DNA of 63,990 nt, the filler included, from Octopus bimaculoides (taxonomy: Eukaryota): assembly GCF_001194135.2 (NCBI RefSeq). It is 8 parts of 7 records of this genome, joined end to end, with 100 filler letters (N's around TTAATTAATTAA, not from the genome) between each part and the next. Parts side by side here need not be neighbours in the genome. Positions count along the whole stretch, not along the records: positions 62,713 to 63,990 come from NW_026419037.1; 7 more parts are not named here. One strand, given 5' to 3'. A program made the translations under genes and the position numbers. Within the stretch, counting starts at the first letter, position 1; each line of letters opens with the position of its first letter. The notes beneath the pieces are model-generated. The model ran no database searches. It saw only the letters and a program-made list of their open reading frames with translations, and was not told the DNA's origin. This document shows, in pieces, positions 63,845 through 63,990 of the stretch.

Positions 63845-63990
63845 TATTTGGTCATCATCTGTAGTGGATGATCTGCCTGATCACTCTTCATCAATAAGGC
63901 TACAATCTCCAGCTCAGACCCTTGTGAACCACTTCTGTATAGTTCTTTCGGATAAAGAAACATCACCGTAAACTGTGCATATTTCTTTGG
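63845..63990 (-). pseudogene. Mariner transposase N-terminal (HTH) remnant
   Basis: KEICTVYGDVSLSERTIQKWFTRV*AGDCSLIDEE*SGRSSTTDDDQI; both TGA stops fall where CGA(Arg) is expected; preceded by a Helitron-like start actagcag at 63747. Confidence 0.8.

Noticed and set aside
1-63990. CRISPR arrays, operons, rRNA genes
   Set aside because: None seen; the DNA is eukaryotic, and the recurring repeats are SINEs, LINE tails or satellites without unique spacers.

Overview
Repeat-saturated, AT-rich animal nuclear DNA from a fragmented draft scaffold, with many N gaps. The SINE/LINE repertoire looks like that of an octopus genome; this is an inference from recognised repeat motifs, not a database match. 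No intact protein-coding gene can be supported. Nearly all ORFs in the supplied track are microsatellite or N-gap translations. The recognisable coding remnants all come from transposable elements: two RTE-clade LINE lineages, an R4/Dong LINE, a Tx1/L1-like 3' end, a hAT transposase, and two Tc1/mariner transposases. There are several tRNA-derived SINE families, a Helitron-like element, a hAT MITE with a perfect 8-bp TSD, a foldback element and a 4.9-kb CpG-rich complex satellite. The most interesting signal is a set of dispersed minimal type I hammerhead ribozyme motifs (CUGANGA...GAAA with a short palindromic stem III) of the kind associated with Penelope-like elements. Two of them sit inside short non-coding elements with ~80-bp inverted arms next to (TA)n tracts. 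Other notable items are an RTE LINE with twin-priming-like inversion geometry and a SINE whose 3' tail matches the putative 3' end of a Tx1-like LINE.
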